Assembly (NCBI GenBank): GCA_034437655.1
Contig: DAOTTU010000001.1
Span: forward strand, 1,017 to 65,016
DNA length: 64,000 bases
Direction of reading: 5' to 3'
Source of the DNA: Anaerolineae bacterium
GTDB taxonomy: Bacteria; Chloroflexota; Anaerolineae; Aggregatilineales; J027
In this document: piece by piece, positions 44,652-53,884 of the stretch
How the letters are laid out: each line of letters begins with the position of its first letter
How positions within the stretch are numbered: the first letter of the stretch is position 1
Notes under the pieces: model-generated
What the model saw: the letters and a program-made list of their open reading frames with translations, nothing else
What the model was told of the DNA's origin: nothing
Databases searched by the model: none
Program-made: the position numbers and the translations under genes

Positions 44652-46557
44652 GGGTTGTCACCTTCACATTCACACTATCAATCATTTGCAGCAATTCTTC
44701 AGAATGGGCCGGCAAATCAACATAGAATGTCGTGCCCGCGCCAATTTCACTTTCAACCCATAATTTGCCACCATGCGCTTCAACCAGCCGCTTGGTAATC
44801 GGGAGCCCCAGGCCGGTGCCCCCGGCATGACGAATTCCGGTTTCGGTTTGCTGGAAGGGTTCGAAAACGATGGGCATATCTTCAGCAGCAATACCGGGGC
44901 CGGAATCTTCGACAATGAAGCGCACACGATCATCGTGCCGGAACACGCGCAACTTTACCCCACCTTGCTCGGTGAATTTGATGGCGTTTGAAAGCAGATT
45001 TAGCAACACCTGACGAATACGTCGTTTGTCCCCAACAATGGTCGGCAGGTCGTCTTCAATCTCCTGTGTGAACGCAATATCTTTGTTCCGTACGAGGCTG
45101 TTTGCCGACGCCACAACTGTTGAAAGTTCCTGTTTGAGGTCAACGTCGTCTTCAATGAACAAGCGCATCATCCCGGCTTCAATCTTCGTAATGTCCAGAA
45201 TGTCATTGATCAATGACAGCAGGTGGCGTCCGCTGGAAAGGGCTTTTGCCAATGCATCTTTCTGCTTATCGGTGACGGGGCCGAGCATTCCCATATGCAG
45301 AAACTCGGTGAAGTTGAGGATGGCGTTTAGTGGGGTGCGCAGCTCATGGCTCATGCTGGCGAGGAATTGGCTTTTCATCGTGTCCAGCGTGCGGAGTTCT
45401 TCAGCAATTTCGACCTGTTCGGCATAGAGACGGCTACGTTCAGTAGCAGCGGCGGCGAGATCACCAACCGCCTGAATCAGCTCACGTTCAAATTCTGTAA
45501 AGCGGCGTTGGGTGCGGCTGGCGAAAGTCAACGCGCCGATTGTGCGGTCACCGAGGTCAAAGTCATAGCTCAGTACTGCTTGTAGGTCAAGGTGTTTGAA
45601 ATTCTGCAAAACGTCCGGCTGGTCAGCAAGCTGCGTATTGACATCTTCAATAACCAGCAGGCCCGTATGATCAGGAGAAGCACCCGTTAACGGGATGCGC
45701 AGTGAGGTTACTTCGGCTTTGGTCTGGTGCGGCTGCAACATCGCGACCGCTTCGAGGTAAGTTGCCTCTTTGGCGTCATGGTTCTCAAAAATATTCAGCG
45801 CAATCAAGTAGTCAACCGTACCGATTTCCTGAACGATTGCTTCAAGAATTTCGGTGTAGGTTGTGGCGGCGTTGGTCGTCCGTCCAATGTTCGAGAGCGT
45901 TTCCGCGAAATTGCGGTTTTCCTCTAACTCACGGGTACGGTCAGCAACACGGGTTTCAAGCTGCTGATTGAGGTTTTCAAGGGCAACGGCGCTGTGCTGG
46001 GCATGGATGAGGCTTTGTTGCAGGGTATCAATGATGAGGCGCAAGATGACAATAGCGCCAATCAGGTAGGCGGTGATGTAGGTGATGCTGCTAAATTCTT
46101 TTGATTCACTGAGTACCATCGAATGGCTTGCAATGCCTGTACTGGCTGCAATGTAGAGCCACCACACGCAAAAAATCGACAGAGTGCCGTATAGTAGTAC
46201 CCCGCGTTGCCCAATCAGCAAGCCCGCCATCAACATCACGATGGTAAAGCCAAAAATACCCGGGTCTACGATGCCCCTGCCATTATACGCAAAGATGGTC
46301 AGGGCTATCATCAGTGACACAGGGATCAGATGTACTGCGACCTGCAACTGTTCGCGATGCGTCATCAACAGGGTTAAGAACCCGACGCCAATCAAAGCAA
46401 CGGCGGCAAGACGATTGTACGGATTTTGAACCTGTACCATGACCACGCTCAATGCAAAAAACGTGAACACAATGTTGCGCAAATAGTGCTTAAGGCGTTC
46501 GTTATCCTGTAAAACAGTTTGTTGATTGGTCGGGAATGCAGTTGTAGCGGTCGTCAT
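44638..46557 (-). CDS. Membrane sensor histidine kinase (multi-TM N-terminus, GAF-like domain, HisKA, HATPase_c)
   Basis: About 6 N-terminal TM helices. H-box FLASMSHELRTPLNAI. N-box LLNLLSNAIKF. G-boxes DSGPGI and GTGLGL. Confidence 0.85.
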   Translation of the reverse strand: MTTATTAFPTNQQTVLQDNERLKHYLRNIVFTFFALSVVMVQVQNPYNRLAAVALIGVGFLTLLMTHREQLQVAVHLIPVSLMIALTIFAYNGRGIVDPGIFGFTIVMLMAGLLIGQRGVLLYGTLSIFCVWWLYIAASTGIASHSMVLSESKEFSSITYITAYLIGAIVILRLIIDTLQQSLIHAQHSAVALENLNQQLETRVADRTRELEENRNFAETLSNIGRTTNAATTYTEILEAIVQEIGTVDYLIALNIFENHDAKEATYLEAVAMLQPHQTKAEVTSLRIPLTGASPDHTGLLVIEDVNTQLADQPDVLQNFKHLDLQAVLSYDFDLGDRTIGALTFASRTQRRFTEFERELIQAVGDLAAAATERSRLYAEQVEIAEELRTLDTMKSQFLASMSHELRTPLNAILNFTEFLHMGMLGPVTDKQKDALAKALSSGRHLLSLINDILDITKIEAGMMRLFIEDDVDLKQELSTVVASANSLVRNKDIAFTQEIEDDLPTIVGDKRRIRQVLLNLLSNAIKFTEQGGVKLRVFRHDDRVRFIVEDSGPGIAAEDMPIVFEPFQQTETGIRHAGGTGLGLPITKRLVEAHGGKLWVESEIGAGTTFYVDLPAHSEELLQMIDSVNVKVTTHAHS

Positions 46558-46679
46558 TGGAAAGGCCTATCTGTCTTTACTCATTTGCCAGCGTTGTTAT
46601 CAGTATAACGCGCCGCAAGGGGCTATAACGCTGTACAAAGAGAGGGTTTTGCTACTGGCCAATCGGACAGGTAAGCCAG

Positions 46680-47327
46680 CTAGACCAATCCTGTTTTCGC
46701 CGCGATGACGATGGCCTCGGCACGGGTTTCGACTTGCATCTTGCGTAGAATGTTGCTGAGGTGGAATTTGACCGTGGACGGGCTGATGAAAAGTTCGCTT
46801 GCAATCTGTGGGTTCGTCATGCCGGACGCAACCAACCGTAGCACCTCAAGTTCACGCTCAGTCAACTCAAATTCGGGTACGAGTGTGGTTTCGGGGGTAC
46901 GCACAAAGAGGTCACGTGTACTGGCCGGAAGTACGGTGTTGCCATCCACCACAGATCGGATTGCACTAACGAGGCTACGCGCGATGGTGTCTTTGGGAAT
47001 ATAGCTGACAGCGCCTTTACGCAGCATCTCACGGATACTTTGATCGTCGTCATAGCTAGACAGTGCCAGAATCATAATGTCGGGGAACTGCTGATGGATC
47101 AGATGTGTGGCCTCAATGCCGTTCATACCCGCCATCACAACATCCATCAACACGATTTGTGGTTGCAGGGTTTCACAAAGCAAAAGCGCTTCATCACCGC
47201 TGCTGCCGTGCCCGACAATTTCAAAGCTACTGTCAACAGAGAGGGCCAACTCAACAGCCTCGTGAATGTGGCGATGATCATCTACAATTAGAATACGAAT
47301 AGGCGATTGTGTACTCATCTTTAGCAC
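46680..47327 (-). CDS. NarL/LuxR-family response regulator (REC plus LuxR HTH)
   Basis: ILIVDDH and VLMDVVMAGMNG receiver motifs. The C-terminal HTH is LTERELEVLRLVASGMTNPQIASELFISPSTVKFHLSNI. Confidence 0.85.
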   Translation of the reverse strand: MLKMSTQSPIRILIVDDHRHIHEAVELALSVDSSFEIVGHGSSGDEALLLCETLQPQIVLMDVVMAGMNGIEATHLIHQQFPDIMILALSSYDDDQSIREMLRKGAVSYIPKDTIARSLVSAIRSVVDGNTVLPASTRDLFVRTPETTLVPEFELTERELEVLRLVASGMTNPQIASELFISPSTVKFHLSNILRKMQVETRAEAIVIAAKTGLV

Positions 47328-47415
47328 TATTATGTCGTATCAATTATCTATAGTATCAGCGGAAACGATGACAATTGCAAACCTGTTCTTCAAGTTCGTC
47401 AGGTGACCAAAGCCC

Positions 47416-48513
47416 ATGCGTCTAACTGTTTTCTTAGAACTCAAGGGGTCGCTACAACGATGGGCAGCGTATGGACTTTTATCTCGAGAATTAGCACTCT
47501 ACACCGAATTGTACACGCAATTTGGTGTTCACACGACATTCGTTTCGTATGGAACTACCGGTGATCAAGCCATCATTGCACCATACGCAGGGCTAGCAGT
47601 ACGTTGTAATGCCCGGGGGTTGCCAGCACGGATGTATCAACGTTTTATCCACCTGATTCACGCGCCAACGCTGCGCCGCACTGACCTCATCAAAACAAAT
47701 CAACATTACGGCAGCAACGTGGCATTACGGGCAGCCCGCTTCTGGCGTAAACCGTTGATTGTGCGTGGCGGCTATGTGTGGTCGCAGTTTATGGTCAAGC
47801 AGTATGGTGTAGATTCACCTGAGGCGCAACATGCTCGTCGTATTGAGACAAGCATCTTTCACCATGCCGACGCCATCGTCCTCACTGCCGAACACATGCG
47901 CGACTACGTGCAGCAACACTACTCGCCCTCCACCGAGTCAATCATTATCCCTAACTATGTGGACACGACACGCCATCGGCCACTGGATGTGACAAAAGAG
48001 TTTGATGTGGGCTTTGTTGGGCGTCTGGAGTCACAAAAAAACCCTGAACTGCTGTTGCAAGCCATTGCGACTACTGGCTCCTCATTGCTTGTCGTCGGTG
48101 ATGGCACGCTACGAGAGCAGCTACAACGCGACTATGCACACCTGGGGACACAAATTACGTGGCAAGGTACTGTTCCCCATGCAGCGCTACCCGCGTTGTT
48201 GAACCGTTGCCGGGTGTATGTTCTGCCCTCACAGTACGAAGGACACCCTAAAACACTGCTCGAGGCGATGGCCTGTAGTTTACCTGTCATCGGCACCAAC
48301 GTCGTCGGGATTCGTGAGGCCATTGAACACGGCGTCACAGGTTGGCTGTGCGAACCAACGCTTGAATCAATTGTATGGGCGTTGCAAACCGCTCTGCATT
48401 CCCCGCAGCGTGCCGAAGTTGGGCACAATGCGCGTCGATATATTCAGGAGCGCATGGCATTAGACATTGTAGCCGCTCAGGAATATGCCCTTTATCAACA
48501 GCTATTGAGTTGA
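47416..48513 (+). CDS. Glycosyltransferase, GT4 (GT-B) family
   Basis: C-terminal EGHPKTLLEAMACSLPVIGTNVVGIREAIEHGVTGWL (E-x7-E motif). Confidence 0.75.
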   Translation: MRLTVFLELKGSLQRWAAYGLLSRELALYTELYTQFGVHTTFVSYGTTGDQAIIAPYAGLAVRCNARGLPARMYQRFIHLIHAPTLRRTDLIKTNQHYGSNVALRAARFWRKPLIVRGGYVWSQFMVKQYGVDSPEAQHARRIETSIFHHADAIVLTAEHMRDYVQQHYSPSTESIIIPNYVDTTRHRPLDVTKEFDVGFVGRLESQKNPELLLQAIATTGSSLLVVGDGTLREQLQRDYAHLGTQITWQGTVPHAALPALLNRCRVYVLPSQYEGHPKTLLEAMACSLPVIGTNVVGIREAIEHGVTGWLCEPTLESIVWALQTALHSPQRAEVGHNARRYIQERMALDIVAAQEYALYQQLLS

Positions 48514-48591
48514 ACGTTGCGCCGCACTCCATTCCTCGGCATACTTACTGGCCAATAGTGTTTTATGTCCTGGCACAGAAGGAAATTTATT

Positions 48592-50289
48592 ATGACTGAG
48601 CAGCCCACCAAAACCCCGCCCAACACCAACAGCCGTACCCTGGTTGATGGCCCCGAACGCGCCGCCACCCGTGCGATGTTCAAAGCCATCGGCCTGACCG
48701 ATGAGGACCTCAAGAAACCACTGGTCGCGATTGCAAATACATGGACCGAAGTCGGCCCCTGTAATTTTCATTTGCGGCGTTTGGCTGCCAGGGTCAAAGA
48801 GGGGATTAAACGCGCTGGCGGGACACCCTTCGAGTTCAACACTGTCAGTATCAGCGATGGCATTACGATGGGTACCGAGGGCATGAAAGCCTCGCTCATC
48901 AGCCGCGAAGTGATTGCCGACAGCATCGAGTTGGTCACGCGGGCGAACTACTTTGACGGGGTGATTGCGCTCAGTTCTTGCGACAAGACCATTCCGGGCA
49001 CCATTATGGCGCTCATCCGCCTCAATATCCCCTCTTTGATGCTCTATGGTGGCACTATCATGCCCGGCAACTACAACGGCCAGAAGATGGACATCGTTTC
49101 CGTATTTGAAGCCATCGGCAAGTATCAGACAGGCGAAATTGACGAAGACGAACTCCACGCAATCGAGAACGTTTCGTGTCCGGGACCGGGGGCGTGTGGC
49201 GGACAGTTCACGGCGAACACGATGGCCACCGTCAGCCAGGTGATAGGCATCAGCCCGGTCGGAATGAATGACGTCCCCGCCGAAGATAAGGAAAAGGAAG
49301 ACGTTGCGATGCAGGCCGGCGCCATGATGTTGGACCTCATTGAACGCGACATCCGCCCACGTGACATTATTGACCGCAAAGCGTTGGAAAACGCGGTTGC
49401 CATCGCCACGGGGACGGCCGGCAGCACCAATGCGGTTCTCCATCTGCTCGCCTTTGCGCGTGAGGCGGGTGTTGAGTTGACGCTGGATGACATCGAAGCC
49501 ATCAGTCAACGCACCCCCGTGATTACCGATATGCGCCCTACCGGGAAATTCGTCGCCGTTGACCTCTACCGAGCCGGCGGTGTCAAGTTCCTGGCCAAAC
49601 GGATGCTGGACGGTGGCTTGTTACATGGCGATGTGAAGACAGTCACCGGGCAAACGCTGGCCGAAGAACTCGCCGACGCCACCGAAACCCCCGGCCAGGA
49701 GATTGTCACGACATTGGACGCCCCCAAGAAACCTACCGGCGGTCTGGTGATCCTCAAGGGGAATCTCGCCCCGAATGGTGCGGTGGTTAAACTCAAAGGC
49801 GATGAACCGCAGTACCACAAAGGCCCGGCACGCATCTTTGAATGCGAAGAAGACGCTTTCGCCGCTGTGCAAGCCCAGAAGATCAAAGCCGGGGATGTCG
49901 TCGTTGTGCGTTATGAGGGGCCGGTCGGTGGGCCGGGGATGCGCGAAATGCTACAAGTTACCGCTGCCATTGTTGGTCAAGGACTCGGCCGCGATGTGAT
50001 GCTCCTTACCGATGGGCGGTTCAGTGGCGGCACGCGGGGCTTGATGATCGGGCATATTGCGCCAGAAGCGATGGTCGGTGGCCCGATTGGTTTGCTGCAA
50101 GAAGGTGATATGGTCGAGGTTGATGTCGCGGCCCGCTCACTGAATGTCTTGCTGGACGAGGACGAACTCGAAGCCCGTCGCGCACAGTGGCAAGCCCCCG
50201 AACCGCATTACGCCTCGGGTGTACTGGCCAAGTATGCTCGCCTGGCCAAGCAAGCCGACGACGGTGCTGTTAGCAACGTCTGGCTGTAG
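48592..50289 (+). CDS. ilvD: Dihydroxy-acid dehydratase
   Basis: [18 protein letters not shown] and TDGRFSGG motifs. I prefer the ATG at 48592 after AGAAGGAAA; the track ORF starts at 48565. Confidence 0.9.
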   Translation: MTEQPTKTPPNTNSRTLVDGPERAATRAMFKAIGLTDEDLKKPLVAIANTWTEVGPCNFHLRRLAARVKEGIKRAGGTPFEFNTVSISDGITMGTEGMKASLISREVIADSIELVTRANYFDGVIALSSCDKTIPGTIMALIRLNIPSLMLYGGTIMPGNYNGQKMDIVSVFEAIGKYQTGEIDEDELHAIENVSCPGPGACGGQFTANTMATVSQVIGISPVGMNDVPAEDKEKEDVAMQAGAMMLDLIERDIRPRDIIDRKALENAVAIATGTAGSTNAVLHLLAFAREAGVELTLDDIEAISQRTPVITDMRPTGKFVAVDLYRAGGVKFLAKRMLDGGLLHGDVKTVTGQTLAEELADATETPGQEIVTTLDAPKKPTGGLVILKGNLAPNGAVVKLKGDEPQYHKGPARIFECEEDAFAAVQAQKIKAGDVVVVRYEGPVGGPGMREMLQVTAAIVGQGLGRDVMLLTDGRFSGGTRGLMIGHIAPEAMVGGPIGLLQEGDMVEVDVAARSLNVLLDEDELEARRAQWQAPEPHYASGVLAKYARLAKQADDGAVSNVWL

Positions 50290-50319
50290 ACTGCCAGATC
50301 AGATTGGAGCCAAAACGCT

Positions 50320-51060
50320 ATGCCCCATCCCATCTCCGCTGCAAGCCTTTTTGACCTGAACGCGACCGCACTGGCCAGCCTGTTCGACGGGACAACCTAC
50401 GCATGGGAGGTTATTCCGCGCATTGGTGAGCTAATTGCCGCTCAATTTGCACAGGGGTTGCCCATTTTTTCCGCCGAAAAACGAACAGCCTATCATCCCT
50501 CCACCCACTTTGGCGACAAACCGATCTACATCGGGGAAAATGTCACGATTGAACCCGGCGTTTACATTGAAGGGCCGGCGATCATTCATAACGGTGCAAT
50601 GTTGCGTCATGGGGCCTATGTGCGGGCCAATGTCATCCTTGCGCCGGGCGCGATGGTCGGGCACGCGACGGAAATTAAGAACACCATCATGCTGGAAGAT
50701 GCCCACGCCCCCCACTTCGCCTATCTGGGTGATAGTATTCTAGGGCAGCGGGTCAATCTGGGGGCAGGCACAAAGCTCTCTAACCTGGCCGTGTCTTCCG
50801 CTACAGACCCTGCCACTGGCAAGCGGCCGACCATCCAGATTCCGTTTCAGGGTGAACGGCTGGACACAGGCTTGACCAAATTTGGCGCAGTGTTGGGCGA
50901 TGACGTGCAAATCGGCTGCAATGCGGTGACCAACCCCGGCACAGTGATCGGGGCGCGGACATGGGTCTATGCGGTGGCGTCCCTGGCCAAAGGGTATTAT
51001 CCGTCGGATAGCGTCATCAAGCTACGGCAAAACGTCGAAATCATAGAAAAGCGCCGCTAA
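50320..51060 (+). CDS. Left-handed beta-helix (hexapeptide-repeat) acyl/acetyltransferase, GlmU C-terminal-domain-like
   Basis: Repeated [LIV]G hexapeptide periodicity (IGENVTIEPGVYIEGPAIIHNGAMLRHGAYVR...). Confidence 0.65.
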   Translation: MPHPISAASLFDLNATALASLFDGTTYAWEVIPRIGELIAAQFAQGLPIFSAEKRTAYHPSTHFGDKPIYIGENVTIEPGVYIEGPAIIHNGAMLRHGAYVRANVILAPGAMVGHATEIKNTIMLEDAHAPHFAYLGDSILGQRVNLGAGTKLSNLAVSSATDPATGKRPTIQIPFQGERLDTGLTKFGAVLGDDVQIGCNAVTNPGTVIGARTWVYAVASLAKGYYPSDSVIKLRQNVEIIEKRR

Positions 51061-51066
51061 TATTAG

Positions 51067-52506
51067 ATGGTGCAGTATACAGTATACAAAGGACACCCAT
51101 TGACTGAACTTTCTCAGAAGATTTTCCGTGCTTACGATGTTCGCGGCACTGTTGCTGGCCCCAACATCAATCTCACGGCGGGCATCATGACCGACATCGG
51201 CCGCGCCTATGGCAGCCACCTGCATACTGAAAAGCTCGGCACCACAGTGGTCGTCGGGCAAGACACGCGCCCTTCATCCGCAAGCCTGGCCGCCGCGTTC
51301 ATTGAGGGCTTGCTGGCGACAGGCTGTGATGTGATTGACCTTGGCCCATGTCCGACGCCCGTTAGTTACTGGTACGCCACCCGACAGGGCAACCTGCCAC
51401 GTGCCATGATTACGGGTAGCCACCTTGAAGCGTCGAAAAACGGCGTTAAATTCAGTATCGGCAACCGTCCGTTGTATGGTGATACGATTCAGGCATTCTA
51501 TCAGCGTATTCAGAATCAAGATTTTGTGCAGGCCAGCACGCCCGGCACGCGAACGACACATGACGCCAAAGCAGACTATATCGCGGACATTCAGCAGGAC
51601 ATAACCCTCGAACATCCACCCCGCGTCGTACTCGAATGCTACAGGGGCGCAACAGCCCTCATTGCCAGAGAACTTTTCACAGCACTAGGCTGCGAGATCG
51701 TCGAATGCCTGAATTGTTCGGTTAGCGACGGCACATTTTCCACCCACCAACCCAACCCATCCGAAGCCGAAAATCTACGCGAGTTAATCGCGGCTGTGCA
51801 GCACCACAACGCTGAACTGGGCATCGCCTTTGACGGGGATGGTGATCGCGTCGGAATAGTGGACAACAACGGCACGATTATTGACGCTGACCGCTTGCTG
51901 GCACTGCTCGCCCGTGATCTGTTAAGCCGCCAGCCGGGGGCAGTCGTCGTGGTCGATGTTTCCGGCAGTAGCGTGGTGACAAATGAGGTGCGGCGGTTGG
52001 GTGGCACCCCGATCATGTGTCGCAACGGTCATCCGTTCATTAAAGTCGCGATGGATAAGCACGCGGCCGCACTGGGCGGTGAGGTCAGCGGGCATATTTT
52101 CATTGACGATAACTACTATGGTTTCGATGATGGGTTATACGCGGCCGTGCGTCTTGTAGAAGCTATTGCCAATGCCGGCAAACCCCTCAGCGAGATTGAC
52201 GCCAGTATCCCCCGCCTCTACAGCACACCCGTTTATCGGCCCCACTGCCCACCCGAGCAAATGCCAGACGCCATCGCTGCGGTGAAAGCTGAACTCAGCG
52301 CACAGGCGCAAACTGTAACCGAAATTGACGGCCTACGCCTCGACTTTGACAACGGCTGGGGACTCATCCGCGCCAGCAACACTGAGCCCGTGTTGAGTAT
52401 GCGTTTTGAAGGCAACACTGAAACCGACGCCACACAACACCGCGACGCCTTTTTTGCCGTGCTGGCAACATTTCCAGACATCGACCTGTCGAAATATCGC
52501 GACTAG
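51067..52506 (+). CDS. Alpha-D-phosphohexomutase (phosphoglucosamine / phosphomanno / phosphoglucomutase family)
   Basis: The metal loop FDGDGDR, sugar loop GGEVSGH and phosphate loop RASNTEP are present. The catalytic loop reads TGSHLEASKNG rather than the usual SHNP. Confidence 0.8.
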   Translation: MVQYTVYKGHPLTELSQKIFRAYDVRGTVAGPNINLTAGIMTDIGRAYGSHLHTEKLGTTVVVGQDTRPSSASLAAAFIEGLLATGCDVIDLGPCPTPVSYWYATRQGNLPRAMITGSHLEASKNGVKFSIGNRPLYGDTIQAFYQRIQNQDFVQASTPGTRTTHDAKADYIADIQQDITLEHPPRVVLECYRGATALIARELFTALGCEIVECLNCSVSDGTFSTHQPNPSEAENLRELIAAVQHHNAELGIAFDGDGDRVGIVDNNGTIIDADRLLALLARDLLSRQPGAVVVVDVSGSSVVTNEVRRLGGTPIMCRNGHPFIKVAMDKHAAALGGEVSGHIFIDDNYYGFDDGLYAAVRLVEAIANAGKPLSEIDASIPRLYSTPVYRPHCPPEQMPDAIAAVKAELSAQAQTVTEIDGLRLDFDNGWGLIRASNTEPVLSMRFEGNTETDATQHRDAFFAVLATFPDIDLSKYRD

Positions 52507-52520
52507 AGGATAAACCTATA

Positions 52521-53234
52521 ATGGATGCAATCATTATGGCGGCGGGCAAAGGCACACGGATGCAGCCGCTCACCGAGACCACGCCCAAGCCGCTCCTTAT
52601 GCTGCAAGGTCAACCGATTTTGCACTGGTCGCTGCAAGGACTGCGCACCGTAGCCGACCGCGTACTGGTTGTCGTGAGCTATCTGGGTGAGCAGATTGAA
52701 GCCTACATGCAACAACAGGGCATCTTCAGCGACTATGCTATTGTACGTCAGACGCCAAAACCTCTCGGCACCGGGCATGCGCTGCAATGCTGCCAACCAC
52801 ACTTGCACAGCGATGCATTTATGGTCCTCAACGGCGACGACCTTTATAATGTCAGCGCCTTGCAACGGCTTGCAGCGACTTCGACCGGGCTGCTGGCAGT
52901 GTGGAAAGACGACCCGACCAAATACGCAGCCGTGATCCGTAATGACGATGACAGCTTGCAGCGTCTGCACGAAAAACCCCCCGAAGGCATGTATACACCG
53001 CCTGTGCTGGTCAACATTGGGGGGTATAAACTCGATCAATCAATTTTCGCGCATGAATTGGAACTGTCAGCACGCGGTGAGTATGAACTAACCGATTATG
53101 TCACCTATTTAGCTGGACAAAAGCCGATGGCAGTGATTGAAGCCGACTTCTGGCAGCCCATCGGCTATCCGCATGACCTTGACGCTGCCCAGAAACTTGA
53201 TCTGCAAGCGTTGGTATTCGACCATCAAACATAA
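52521..53234 (+). CDS. Sugar-phosphate nucleotidyltransferase (GlmU N-terminal / RmlA-like)
   Basis: IIMAAGKGTRMQPLTETTPKPLL signature. Confidence 0.8.
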   Translation: MDAIIMAAGKGTRMQPLTETTPKPLLMLQGQPILHWSLQGLRTVADRVLVVVSYLGEQIEAYMQQQGIFSDYAIVRQTPKPLGTGHALQCCQPHLHSDAFMVLNGDDLYNVSALQRLAATSTGLLAVWKDDPTKYAAVIRNDDDSLQRLHEKPPEGMYTPPVLVNIGGYKLDQSIFAHELELSARGEYELTDYVTYLAGQKPMAVIEADFWQPIGYPHDLDAAQKLDLQALVFDHQT

Positions 53235-53334
53235 ACACCAGATGTGCATTGGGGACGATTCTATTGGTTTGTAAATGTCTGTGCCTTAAAATGGATGGTA
53301 TAGCATAGCAAATACCATAGAGGAGCCACATTCT

Positions 53335-53754
53335 ATGTCTGACCAACCCAGAGTGCAACGCAGCGAAGAAGAATGGCGTCAACTCCTAACCCCTGAACAA
53401 TACGCCGTGCTGCGTCAACAAGGCACTGAACGCCCCTTCACTGGCAAATATGTCAATGAAAAGACGCCCGGTGTTTATCGTTGTGCGGCTTGTGGCAATG
53501 CCCTTTTTGACGCAGACACCAAGTTCGAATCTGGTTCAGGCTGGCCGAGCTTTTACGACGTCATTGAAGAAGGCAACGTTGAACTGCGCGAGGACTTGAG
53601 CCACGGTATGCGTCGGGTAGAGGTTGTCTGCGCTAATTGCGAGTCTCATCTGGGGCATGTCTTCGAAGACGGTCCGCGTGACAAAACGGGGCTGCGCTAC
53701 TGCATTAATTCGCTGGCGCTCGATCTCGACGCGCAGAATGATAACAACACCTGA
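53335..53754 (+). CDS. msrB: Peptide-methionine (R)-S-oxide reductase
   Basis: CAACGNALF and [12 protein letters not shown] zinc motifs plus the catalytic RYCIN. Confidence 0.9.
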   Translation: MSDQPRVQRSEEEWRQLLTPEQYAVLRQQGTERPFTGKYVNEKTPGVYRCAACGNALFDADTKFESGSGWPSFYDVIEEGNVELREDLSHGMRRVEVVCANCESHLGHVFEDGPRDKTGLRYCINSLALDLDAQNDNNT

Positions 53755-53884
53755 TCCTGCAAGCCACCCCCCTACAACTTGCCCCCCTGTCGCTGGATGA
53801 TGTTGCTCCACATTGCATCGTCCGGCGATTTTCGCTATAAGTGAAAGATGATCATCGCAACCATGCAGGAACCCTGAAGGCGCT

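Noticed and set aside
48502-49509. 335-aa ORF on the minus strand
   Set aside because: It lies entirely antisense to ilvD, whose product carries unmistakable dihydroxy-acid dehydratase motifs. The antisense translation is Arg/Gly/His-rich with no recognisable domain. It is a shadow ORF.
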